Shown in pieces: positions 30,403-45,899 of a stretch of 64,000 nucleotides of DNA. The notes beneath the pieces were generated by a model, which was not told the origin of the DNA, made no database searches, and saw only the letters and a program-made list of their open reading frames with translations. The DNA comes from the human T2T-CHM13v2.0 reference genome, Homo sapiens. Both the position numbers and the translations under genes were made by a program. Positions within the stretch are counted from its first letter, which is position 1, and each line of letters starts with the position of its first letter. Location: assembly GCF_009914755.1 (NCBI RefSeq), contig NC_060928.1, one strand, 5' to 3'.

Positions 30403-31101
30403 TAAATATTATTTTAAATCCTAGTTGGTCATATTGTGGGACTGAAGAGGGAGTTAAGAATTACTTAGCCCTTAGCTCACGCTTTCTGTCATCTCATTTA
30501 ATTCTCTCAATAGCTCTGTGAAGTAGGTATGATTTTTCCCCAACATAAAGATGGGGCCATTAAAGCTCCAAGAACAAAGTAAGCTTTCCAGAATTACAAA
30601 TCAGGAAGCAGTTAGAGCTGGGGTTCAGACTGATGCTTTCGAGGGTCCAGGCCATCTCACCGCTTCTGGGAAGAGAACCCAGGCAAGTGTGGAGAGGAGG
30701 AGAGGAGAGGTCCCAGGCAAGCAGGACAATGAGGAGCCATGATGCCCGGCCTGTGCTTCTCCCAGTTCTCTCTCTGCCTTCCTCACCCTGGAGTTACCAG
30801 AGGCTGATACACGTTGACCACACCAGTGCTCCCTTGCCCTCCAACCTCCGGGATCTCAGAGCATGGGGGGAGACTGAAGCACGGCTCTGCTTCCCTGCAG
30901 CCTCCCTGCCAGGTCACCCTGGGCTGGTGGCGTTCCTACCCCGTGCAGCTACCCTCTCCGGGTGCAGGAACCTCTCTCTCACTTCTGGCCACTTTGGGCC
31001 AGGTGTGCTCAATGTCCCCACTGTTAGGAGCCTTGGGGAATTAACCAATTCGTTGTTAATGTCTCAGCCCACATCTTTATAAAATATATCCCCTTTATTA
31101 G

Positions 31102-31458
<357 letters not shown>

Positions 31459-31708
31459 TGAGCACGTCTGGAAGAGCAGAAACAGACCCTTTAGTACCAA
31501 CCACAAAACAGTTACTATCGTGTATTTGGTAGGGAGAGATGGGGAAAGGGGAATGTAGTCCTGAAATTCTTAATCTTGTGGGCTTGACTGTTTGATTACT
31601 GACAGGGAAAACCTTAGCCCTCTGCCTGTGGATGATTCTTCATTGAAACAGAAACAGAAATGATGGGTCTTTTCATTCATTCAACCCGTGCTTAGGAGTA
31701 TGTTCTAG

Positions 31709-32020
<312 letters not shown>

Positions 32021-33187
32021 TGAGTCTCATTTCTTTCATAGTAAACTAAAGGCCACGGAGGACCTAGATGCTTCTCAGTTAGGGTTTATGGATCATCCTG
32101 GACAAAGCATCCCTACCTAGTTTTACATAGATGCTTTTCTAATGAGTTCATTGAGCATTTAACATTCCGCTTGCTCCAGTGGTCTACTTAGCTGTATCCT
32201 AGGACACAAGGTCAGGCAATGTCCCTGTCACACAGGCGGAATGAGCCTCTGATGCTGGGGGACCTTGGGTGGATTTCAGTGGCCTCATCTGTGAAACAAA
32301 TAATTAGCTAATGCCTTTCAATTACATAATTAATACTTTTCAAGGGGAGGTTTAAATAAAATAATGTATATAAAATGCTATAAAAATAAAAGGACTGTGT
32401 CCCTATCGGATTATCTTTAAGGATGCATTTTTCTCTATGTGGGAGTTTCAGCAAAGCTGTTGATTGCAGGATTCACATCCCGTCATGGCCTCGTTAGAAA
32501 GGTGCCTGTCTCTTGCCCTCCAGCTAACTTACCAGTATCGGCCAATACTTACATTGATAATAATAGCTAATGTTTATTGATCACTTTCTTTGTTATCAGC
32601 GCCAGGTAAATGAATTACATTTATGATCTTATTTATTCCCCACCACAAAACTTTATATTGTTGGGACTCATACTATCCCAAATCTGAGATGAGGGAACAG
32701 GCTAAGCCTGCCGGAGATCATCCCCGCCAGGAAGAGGCCCAGCCGGACACACCCACAAGTGCTCTCAGGCTTTAGAGACCACCCACTGGACCCCCGGCCT
32801 GCAGGGGAGCTGTTATCAGGAGCCGAGCTCAGGAGCGGGCGGCTGCCAACGCTTACCTGGCACCCAGACTTTTTCCAGATGCAGTCATAACCCCCCTTTC
32901 AGCTTTTTAATTGGTGACTGTTTCTTTCACAGTTTGGGACTGATGTTTCCAGCTGTGTTGGGTCTGCTGTGCTGATTCCTTCGAGATCCCTCTCCCTCCT
33001 CCGCCTCGCTTCCCCCCATGCCAGTCAGCAGCACACGGTGCCAGTCAGCAACACATGGCAGGCTTTCTCCTCCTGCCCCAGCCTACCTGGGCCCCCTGTC
33101 ACACCTTCATCAAATAGAAACCCATTTATGTTTCCTACTGAGATACATTCAGATGCCACTAACTGTACAAATCCCTCTGTGTTCTGA

Positions 33188-33958
<771 letters not shown>

Positions 33959-34752
33959 TAGCTGTATTCAAATGCCTTCATAATCTGTTTCCAGAAAGTA
34001 AATGAATGGCTTATGAGAATTTACAGGGAGTGAGAGGCTTAATTCACCGTTTTGTGAAATAAAAGCATGTCTTGAACTAAATCAGAAATTCCAGGTGTCA
34101 AGGAAATCTCTGATAGGATAGTGGAGCAAAGAAGAGAGCATGAAATTTGGTCAGGAGACAGGCAGGTCCGCGTGGATCCTGCCACAGAAACTCTCTTCTA
34201 TGACTTGGTGCAAGTCACTTTAATCTCCCTGAGCCTTAGTGTTCTCTGTAAAAGGGGATTAATGATTCTTACCTCTAAAGAATTGTTAGAAGGACAAAAT
34301 GAACTCATAGGTGTTAAATGATTCCTGACGTGAAATTATGAGCTCAGTAAATTAGGACCCTGGTCATTTCTATCGGTCATTTTTACAGCTAACCTTTGCT
34401 ATGTCTATTGCAGTGGAGGGCAATACCTTCTGCAGTCAGACTCGCCTCGGCCAGGCAGTCAGGTCTGCGGGGGGTGTGCTGTGGCCAGCATGCATATCCA
34501 GGCAGCCCCCAGGTTTACAGCCACCCCTCACTCCACTTCACACAAGTAACTTGTCTCTATTCATTTTATACAACACAGAAGGACCCCTGTTGTAGGAACA
34601 TAAAGACATAGTGAGAGAAAAACCCTACCTGGGGCCAGGTTCCCTCCTGCATGCCCTGTGCCACCTTGAGCCCAGCACTGGAACCCATTCCCAGAAGGCA
34701 AGAGTTGCAAAGTGTTCATGTTTAACCTTAGAATAACATCATTTTACAAAAG

Positions 34753-35086
<334 letters not shown>

Positions 35087-35350
35087 TCACAAATGCAGAA
35101 TTACATTTTCTTAAGGTTTTTTTATCTCTCTTTCCCTATTATGACACTATAATTTTATCAGGCTTAATAGTGCAGTTACATAATCAAAATATATTTCTTC
35201 AGGTATTTATCCTTAGGAGACCTGATCCTTAGTAATGTCTAACTAAAAGTTTCCAAATAGATGAGTGAACGATTGAGCATGTCGAGATTTTCTTTTGTGT
35301 TTTTAAGGATTGCATTTATTTTAAACAAGAACATACTATCCTTCATTTAG

Positions 35351-35521
<171 letters not shown>

Positions 35522-35533
35522 TGAAAAAAATGA

Positions 35534-35668
<135 letters not shown>

Positions 35669-36726
35669 TAAAGTGATGTAGTAAGTGAGATTTCAAGTTT
35701 CAGACAGTGAAATGGAAGATGATCTACCTTGATAAGCCTATTTTGCTGTAGGAGGGAATAGCAAATGTTTGGGGCCTGTGGCCTGACCTCAGAAACCTCG
35801 ATCACAGAGCACACCTGCAGAGACTTACTTACCTGCTGTGAGGTCAAGAAGAGGGGAATGTCCAAAAGCTCTCAATGAACTGGGGGCCTCACTCAAAAAA
35901 AAAAAAAAATGCTGTCTTAGGAGCAGTGAGTACCTCTGTCTGCTATAGCGTTTTCATGCTCTATTTCTAAGTGAAACTCTACTCTCAGATTCTCTTTGAA
36001 AATCTGATGATAAAAATGCTTGAGAAAATTAACACAGATTTGCTAATTACTTTATAACACAAGGTTTTACAGATAAATAGGTATTCTTAGCCTGGTATGC
36101 TGTTTGCAGGATATTCTAGTTTGAATACGGGCCAGTGATGTTTCCAGTTCCAGAACAGTCTCCAACACTGTTTTCAAGGCGTTAGTGTGGCCTCTGGAGT
36201 CTGACGTTGGATTTCCACCCTCGCTCTGCCACCGGCTGTGCAACCCTAGGAATGTCCCAACCTCTCTGGCCCTCAGCTTCCTCTTTTATAACAAGCAGGG
36301 TACATAAAATCATTATTGGAAAACTGTGAAAAGGATCTAGCTAGATACCAGGCATATATTGCTCAGAAATGATGAATTATGAACCATTTGTATTATAAAT
36401 AACCTGAAATTTCAGGGATAATTTATTGTTTTACAGGGAATTTTAAACATATAATTCTAAAAATAAATTTCGTAACATGTAAGCATTGCGTAGCACAGAT
36501 CTGTCGCTGTCCACATCAGCCCTCCTGTCGTCCTGTAGCATAGTGATGTAGCATAGTGATGTCGAGATTCTTCAGCTCTGTAAAGTTCTGCTCCTGCGCT
36601 AGTCGCTCTGGGCTGCTGGGCCTTTTTGTTGCTTTTCTTGTATGTTCCTTAGCAGCATTAGCGGTCATTCACATGTCAACAGCTCGTTCTCTAAAAAGCA
36701 GCCATGCTACATGGTCAGGTGTTGCT

Positions 36727-37045
<319 letters not shown>

Positions 37046-40000
37046 TAACACGATTGTAGGTGCTTGGGGGGAAGTAGGCACCCAAGTTAGCTTATCAATC
37101 ATGGATGGGTGTATCAAGTGCTCACTCTGTGCCAAGGTCTATGCCAAAGGCTGGGATTCAAACAGCAGGGGTGTTTCCGTCTGTGCCTCAAGGAGCATTG
37201 AGCCTGGCAGGCAAGCTGGAAAAGGCTGTGAGAGGGGTGAGCAGCACCACCTGGATCCCCTGTCAGATGGCTGGAGGGTGCCGAGGCTTCCTAGAGGAGA
37301 TGACCATCACAAGGGATGTGAGAGAGAGGGAGTGAGGGCTGACAGATGACTCTCTGGATGGCCAGCGGCGGGTGGTGCTGAGCGAGGGAACTGGGGAAAT
37401 TCTGACGAGTTCACTTTTGGGGATGCTGACTACAGCACGCCGAGTGGAGGTATCTGGGAAGTAGTTGGAGCACACGTAAGTAGAGGTTTGGAGTGGGAAT
37501 TGGGTTCTGAATTTGTTCTAAATCTCACTGTTAATCATTGACCAAATGCCAAGTCAGTGTATTCTCTTATCAGTAACTTTTTTTCCTTTAAAATATGCTA
37601 GTCATTGTTTCTACAATTATAAAAAATAATACATTATCGAAACAGACAACTTACAAAACACAAAAATCCACCAAGGACAACACAGCCAAGGCCCCTGATC
37701 TCACGACGTAGAGAGAACGCGGCTCAAAGGCGTGACCTGTGATGTTGGTGCAATGAGGCGCGTGCCCCATGCAGACGTCCCCAGGCCCCAGGTGAGGCAC
37801 ATGTGGCCTCACACACGGATTTGAGCTTGGGAGCGGGAGGCCTAAGTCTTATCCCTCAAAAGTCTTGTCCCTCAAAAATGGAAAGCTCTTTCTTTCCTCC
37901 TGAGCACTCTGTCAACGTCAGCCCACCACGCTGCTCACACAGGGAGTCGCCTCTCTGGCCACCAGCTCAGGCAGCACACCACGATCTAATAGGACATTCA
38001 GGAATGAATTAAAAACCAGAGTGGATTCATGGTGACACCTTCGGCATATCACTCACTGCTTTCTGGAAGAGGAGGTGGGGGTAGAGCTGGTATCGGGGGA
38101 CTGCAGTGACCCCCACTGGGGGCGTCCAGAGGAGTTACATTAACACGTGCAATCACATATGGCCACTTAACTCATGTAGGACCCAGGGAACGGTCCATGC
38201 CAGTCATCTGCGCCTCACTGCCTCTTAACTACTGACCCAAGACAAAAGAGCTATTAGAAGAGAGAATGCAGCCAACCAAATGCACAGCTCCAAGAGGTTT
38301 TGCATCTGTAACAACAAGCTAACATTTAGTTCTTTGGTTCAAAATATTTCCCCTCCTTAACCATTTTTTTAATGCTTCAAAGTTCATCCCCATTTGGGGA
38401 GTGGGAAGGGTATGTCCAGGCCCCCTCAGGATCAGGCTGGCTTTTCTTCCTTTCCACCAGGTGCACAGGCAAAACTGGCCACAGGGGACTCCCTGGAGCT
38501 CCATGCAGCTCGGCAGGGCCTGTGCAGTCCGGAAGGGAGGGCAGAGATGCCCAGGGCTGTAGGTGCCGGCCTGTGCAATCCGGAGGAGGCCATGCCTGGT
38601 GGTCGTGAGAGACATGGGCCTTGGCACGGAAGTCCTAGCTCTGCTGCTGGGTGCTGTGACACCAGGCATTCCCTGTGGGTCTCAGCTTCCATACCTGTAA
38701 AATGGGAATAACACCTCACTTAAGGACTCCTGAAATAAAACACGGAGCAGATAACGCAGTGCCTGGTGCATAACAAGCCTCAACATATCCAAGGACTCAT
38801 CCTGATCACCCATGAGCCTACTTAAGGTCAACCCTGCCTCATTTAAAAAACAAAACAAGACTGTGCATTCAAGTTCAGGTAGGGGTGGCCCTGTCCGGGG
38901 CCAACCCCCGCCTAGAACCAGCCAGGCTTGTGCTGCTGGAGAGGAATGGCCAAGCCAAGGCACTCGGGACCAGCACTGAGCAGCCTGGTGAGCTCTAAGC
39001 CCGCAGAGCAGGCAGGGCCCCCGACAGGCAGGTGGTGTGCAGGGGTCCCTGGGGCACCAAGGGACAGGAAACCTCAGGAGAAGGAGGCCCTTTCACCCGC
39101 CAAAGTGGAACCTTCCCCACTGAACACCGGATCTCCCAGCACTGTCTGACCTTCAGTCACATTTTAAACACTGAACAGAGGGACAGAGGGACCTGTGTTC
39201 CTTGATGTTTCATCTTTGTTCATCCATCGGTCGTCCTCCAAACCAAAGTCCAGAAGCTTCTGCACTAATTTCGAAGTCAGGCTGAACCTTGAGTCATGAA
39301 CAAAACTCTTTCAATTTTCCTCTAAGTCTTCATGGAGCTCATCATAAGCAGGATCCTCATAAAGGAATTTCTGAATCATTCCAATCAGTGATTCTAAGAA
39401 CCACATCTTTCTGCGGTCCTTCTGAGTGGCCCAGCTGTGCAAGAGACATCCCCATGCAAAAGCAAAGCCTTGATAGCACCTGATCTCAGGCCGGATGTTG
39501 GCTCCGTGCACCCTGCGGTGCTGCCTTCCTTCAGTGACGCCCACGCTCCTGCCTTCCTCCCAGCCTTCCTGATGCCCTTCCCCATGTAACCCCGCATCCG
39601 CCTTCATGATGGCATCCAACACGGCCCGGCTCCCAGGGTCAGGCCCAGACGCACCGCTTCAGAGGATGAGCTCTTATCAGGAACTCTGAGACAGCTACTA
39701 TTGATGGTCAGAGGTCTTTTCTATATCTGCAGAAGTGATCGAGGGTCCATAAGAGGGATCTTCCTGTCTTTCTGAGGGTTTGTTTTCTTTTTCTCTGACA
39801 AGCAGGCAGATGACCTCCTTGCTACCTTTGCGTCCAGGTCAAAAAGCAGTGGGAACTACTAACTTATCAACTTTTATTATTTCTGTGATAGAAAAAAAAA
39901 GGAGCCAAAGGGGTATTCCAGGTAGTGGGAAGGATCCCTTAAAGTACCTGGCGTTGCACCTGCCCCTGGGAAGCAGGAGAGCTGCCAGGAAGTAGTGCTC

Positions 40001-40181
40001 CCTCAGCCTCCTGGGCCAGGACCCGCCTCTGCGTGGAAGCTTCTCGTGAATCCACCAGCTCGGGAGGACGCGTGGCCTGCACCTCCGCTTGATTTTGGGG
40101 GAGCACACTTCCTTTTCCTTAGGACCCTAATAGGCAGTTTTTGCATATGACTATTTCCTAATTTATACAAAAGTGTATTAA

Positions 40182-40364
<183 letters not shown>

Positions 40365-41029
40365 AACCACCTCACCAGAACCATTGGAGCACCTGTGGCC
40401 TCGGCACACTGCTTATCACTTGAAAAATGGAGGAACAGGTGTTATATTTATCTGTGTGTCTGACAGTGTGAGATGTTAGACCGAGAGAAAAGCAAACAAA
40501 TAAATCACTTAATCTTGAACACTTTGCACTGTAAAGAGAGTGAAAGTCAAACCCACCAAGCTGCCTTGCTGAAAGCATCTCCAAGGTTCTGTAGGCTTTG
40601 TTCAGAAGCCCCTGATGTGTGTTTGCAGTCCGTCATTTTATCAATGATACGCAAACATAATTAGCATGTGTATGTACTCACACACTAATTACATGTAAGA
40701 ATATATTATCTAGGAATATGTCATTTGTAACTTTGTACTCTGACGTATTTTCTAGTCTCACCCTATTAGTAATTCTGTCAAAATCCTAGACGCTAGTAGA
40801 TATTAGTATTTGAGACAATATGTCAGAGTCTGAATAAGACTCAGCTTGTTCTAGTCATGCTGAGTTTCTCATATATTTTTTAAAAGTGCTTCCGCCATGA
40901 ACCTCTTTGAGAAATGTCAGTGGCAAAATCTCCCAAGCTAATTTTCTTTTTCTATGTTCCATCTTCAAATTCAGACAGTTCACGTGAAGTACCCCACATT
41001 TATTGATCTTAGGGTTGAATATAAACGCA

Positions 41030-41035
41030 ATTAAA
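41030..41035 (+). terminator. FAM149A: Candidate FAM149A polyadenylation signal ATTAAA
   Basis: Followed by a U/GU-rich element (tgtcatctttattgttt). Alternative AATAAA hexamers lie at 40499 and 43643. Confidence 0.55.
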
Positions 41036-41694
41036 AGCTATGGCAGGTGATGTCATCTTTATTGTTTACAGTCGAAGCTCCTCCATGGGAGGGGAGCCTC
41101 CCACCCTCCACGTGCCATCAGGAGCTGGCCTTTGCCCAGACGCCACCACTGCAATGACACCTTCCCAGAGCCCTCGTCTCCTCGCGCTCTGTCCTGCTCT
41201 GCCTGGCTTTTCTTCAGAGTGTGTTTCCCCATCTGACATTACTGTAGAAAATGGAGCAGAGAACAGGAAGGGGAATTAGCAGAGATGAGGCTCCAGGCAT
41301 GTCTTCCTCTTGTCCCTCTCCCCACTGTTTCTCTTGATTGTGATTCAAGTCCTTACACTCATTTTTACATTCTCAAATCTCAAATCAGCTAATTTCCTCT
41401 TTTCTATCAGATAATTGCATTTCATCAGTCTAATTTTTACTAATCCAAACTGTAACTTTATAAGGCTATATATATGAGCATATTTATAAACTTAGATTTA
41501 TAAACTATATACACACATATATGTATCATATAAATGCATAATAAATTACTTTCAGACTATTTCTGGCTGTAAGGAGAAGGGATCATTGCCTACTAGTAGA
41601 TGTCTGAAATTTTAAAAGATGTGTTGAGACTAACATTAATGTTGTCCTTTATCACAGGGTGACAAAAATGACCCAGAGCCTTGCCTCTGTTTGA

Positions 41695-42032
<338 letters not shown>

Positions 42033-42070
42033 CAGCTGACTCCATTTCTATAGCAATGAGACACATTAGG

Positions 42071-42094
42071 CAGCAGCAGCAGCAGCAGCAGCAG
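42071..42094. repeat. (CAG)8 trinucleotide repeat
   Basis: Read directly; lies downstream of the FAM149A stop codon. Confidence 0.95.
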
Positions 42095-42461
42095 CGACCA
42101 CCAGGTCCATGCCTCTTTTCCGTGGTCACAGCTCCATGTGTCCGGGGAAGATTGCTAATGCTTAGTTTCCTGCACAAAGCAAACCAAAGCATTTTTGAGA
42201 ATTTTCTACATTATTCCTAAACATTAGCAATAGAAACTTTTAAGAGCAAATGCCAGTCTTAATTCAGCAGCTCTCCCACTTGAGGAATAGTTAGATATGT
42301 GAGTAGCCTGGAGCCCATGTTATAGGGCTGCTGGTTAGGTGCTCTCTGGTGCATCATTACTGCTCAAAGCATGACCCACTTGCTCTTTCAGATCCACTCA
42401 GGGTATTTTATGTCCATTTCCAGGAACCATCCAACTCCTTCCCTATTCAGTCCAAACTTCC

Positions 42462-42803
42462 TTTTTTTTTTTTTTTACTTGAAGTTCAGGGGTACATGTG
42501 CAGGTTGTTACATAGGTAAACTTGTGTCGTGGGAGTTTGTTGTACAGATTATCACCCAGGTATTAAGCCTAGTATCCATTAGTTATTTTTCCTGATCCTC
42601 TCCCTCCTTCCACCCTCCACCCTTTGATAGGCCCTAGTGTGTGCTGTTCCCCTCTGTGTCCATGTGTTCTCATCATTTAGCTCCCACTTAGAAGTGAGAA
42701 CAGATGGCATTTGTTTTTCTGTTTCTGCATTAGTTTGCTAAGGATAATGACTTCCAGCTCCAGCCATGCCTCTGCAAAGGACATAATCTCATTCTTTTTT
42801 ATG
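42462..42803 (-). mobile_element. 5'-truncated older L1PA 3' end
   Basis: T-tract, then gttcaggggtacatgtgcaggttgttacataggtaaac ... ctcccacttagaagtgagaac. Confidence 0.85.
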
Positions 42804-43924
42804 AGCTCAAGCTTCGTAGTAGGGAAAACACCGGATATTCAGTCTAAACTAACATTAAGGTAGGGTATCCAAGATAAAATGTTTTTTCTTTGAAAACCAC
42901 TGAATATACTTTATGGTAGCTTTACCTTGTTTGGCTCCAGAGGTTTGCAAATAAGAATCTATTATTTATATATATATATTGGTAAAAGACAAAATATTTT
43001 TTAAAAAGTGACCTTGAGTCTTCTAAACATTAAATTGGAAGATAAAGTGCCATTTTAGAGATTACATAGAGACTTGGCCCTGTCATTGATTTTAAAAATG
43101 ACCTTCTCATTGCACTGATTTTTACTCCATGTTAAAGTTAGTATTTTATTTATACATTAAATTAGATTTAGAGATTAGTAAATAATGCTTATATCAAGGA
43201 TGGTGCTTTTTAAGCTAATTAGGTAAAAATTAGGGCAGTGTTTTATAATCTACTTTAATAAATGAGTCTTACCTTAGAATTAATCTATTAAAAATTAAAA
43301 AAGAAAAATTGAACTACTTCTGAGATAGATTTTTAAATTCAGATTAGTGAATTTTACACTAATTGAATTACATTAATTAAAATGCCTGTTAGTTTATCCA
43401 AAACCAAAGAAAGAATGAAGAAATTTTAAAACAATCTAAGAAAATGTAAAATACCATAGAAAACTGCTAGATTTTGTGAATTTAATATAAAAGGAAATAT
43501 CCATATTGATATTATTCTGAACTAGATGGAATTTCTACACCAATTCAGAAGTACGTTTTTATATATCATTTGGGTATTATATTTTTTATTGTTTTATTAT
43601 AACTACAGATCATTGTGTAGGATTTTTGATTCCTTAATTTCTAATAAAATATAAAAGTGTTAAAAGAGTTTTCAAAAATGTGTAACATTTATAAAAGTAT
43701 TTTTAGATTCCCAATTTTTGTATCATTTGTGCAAATATCTCTCTATTCTGCAGTTTCTAATACATAGGTATTTATTATTTCTAACTACATAGTAAACTTT
43801 CCCCAGTAAATTCTAAGTATATGTCCATATATATTTGCAAAGGCTTTACATAATTTATGAATACTCCGTTGTAATGTTTGTTTCAGAAGATTATGCTCCT
43901 GTGTGGTAATCATCATGGATTTGA

Positions 43925-45290
43925 TTTCATCAAACATTTATTAAGCACTTTCTTGGTGTAAGATTTTGTTCTAAGCATTATAGTGAACAAGACAGTCTTT
44001 GGCCTAAAAGAACTTAGATTGTAGTGGAGGCGACAGACTATAAACAATTAAATAAAAACATGATACAGGTCAGTTAGCAATAAGTGCTATGAAGAAACAA
44101 AGCGAGGCAAGGTGACGGAGTGGAAGGAGCTGCAACTTTCCATCGAGCGGCTGGGGAAGGCTGTGTTGCAGAGGTGATATTTGAGCAAACCCCAAAGAAG
44201 ATGAGAAAAGAAGCCTGGGAGATATCTGGGGAGAAAGAACTGTAGACAGAGCAGAAAGCATGTGCCTAAACAAGAGTCCACCTGGAATGTCTGAAGAACA
44301 GCAGAGAGGCCAGTTCATGGGATGCGCTTGGCAAGGGAGTGAATAATGGGAGCTCAGTGAGCTAACAGGAGCTGAGGGACTGAGGTCCCTTTTGGACTAT
44401 GGGAAATATGAAATAAGAAGCCACTGGAGCAGTTGAGTTTTGGGGATAGAATGATATAATCGACAAGAGATGATCCTGTTTCAGTCAGATGATAGTGGTA
44501 AGGCTGATGAGAATCCCAGGACTTTGCATGTGTTTTGAAATTTGAGCCAAAAGATGTGCTGTTGGATGAGAGGTGGAGTGTGTCTACCAAAAGAATCGAG
44601 AATGCCTCCAGGCTTTTGGCTTCACACTTGGAAGGATGGTGTTGACACTCACTGAAATTGGAAAGACTGCAAGGGGAACACGTTTGGCAGCATGAGGGGC
44701 AAGTTATGTGTGAGATGCCAATTAGATGCCTAAGTGGAGATATTGAGATATTTGGATATCCACACTTGGGTGTGGAGGTGAGGTATAGACTGGATGTATA
44801 AATTTGGGGATTGTCAGCACGTAGATGGTATTTAAGAACTGAAATGGATGAGGCAACCAAGAAAATGAGTGTAGAGAAATGGAGGAAAAAGAAGTACTGA
44901 GCCTTGTGCCTTTTAACATCTAAAGGCCTGGGATGTGAAGGAAAACCAGCAAAGCAGACTGAGAAAGAATGGCTGGTGAAGGGAAATAAGAGTCAGGAGA
45001 ATGTGGCATCCTCAAAGTATGTGTGTGTTTGTGCGGGGGAAGTGTTTCAAGGAAGTGATAGGGACTCAAGTATGTTGAATGCTGTTGATGAGTCAATTAC
45101 GATGAGGTCTGAGAATCAGACTAAAGGTCTAGCCACATGGAAGTTACTGGTGGCCTTGACAAGATCTGCTAGGTGAATGGACAAGGCGAAAGTAGGCTTG
45201 CAGTGGGTTTGGGAGAAAAGAAGAAGAGAGAAATCCAAGACAGTAGTCATGGGCAAGTCTTCCAGGGAATTTTTCTGTACAGGGGAGTAG
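43925..45290 (-). mobile_element. L2 LINE fragment
   Basis: caaacatttattaagcac (reverse of the L2 3' end) and a purine-rich L2-like body. Confidence 0.7.
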
Positions 45291-45899
45291 AGTATGTGTG
45301 TGTGTGTGCGCGCATGCACGTGTGTTTCCTAGTAAGGTTCATCTTGATGAATGTCATTATTCAGTATAAAAATGTTGATCCAAAAAGGAAGATAGCTCTA
45401 GTGTTCTCTGGAGGACATGCAGAGTGTATTCCCACTGGAAAATTAAAGAAAAAGCTGACAGAGCTGAGTGAATAGTAAGTTATAACTCAGAAGCAACATT
45501 CAGAGAAGGCTACACCTTGTGAAGGATGTCTTCAGAGTTCACAAAAAGAACATTGTGGGGGTGAAAGTTTTAGCTTAGAAGGCAAAAGATTTCAAAAATA
45601 TACAGAATCAAAATGATGTTAAAAATAAACATGGAGGCATTCCACTACTGTTTATGAAAGAATAGTTCATGAGCAAACTGACCTACTGAGAACAACTATA
45701 AAAGCTATAAATGGACAAGAAACAGCTCTTTGGAGGCACGCGTGGACACCCACATCCACACCCACCCAGCCCCCCAAGACAAAGCAGCACAACTTCAGGA
45801 AACAAATTGGGAGACAACAGGAATAATACATTGAGATGAACCCCATATTTGCTACTGTTTTCTTTCCCTGTATCAATATATTTTAGATTAGTAATGGGG

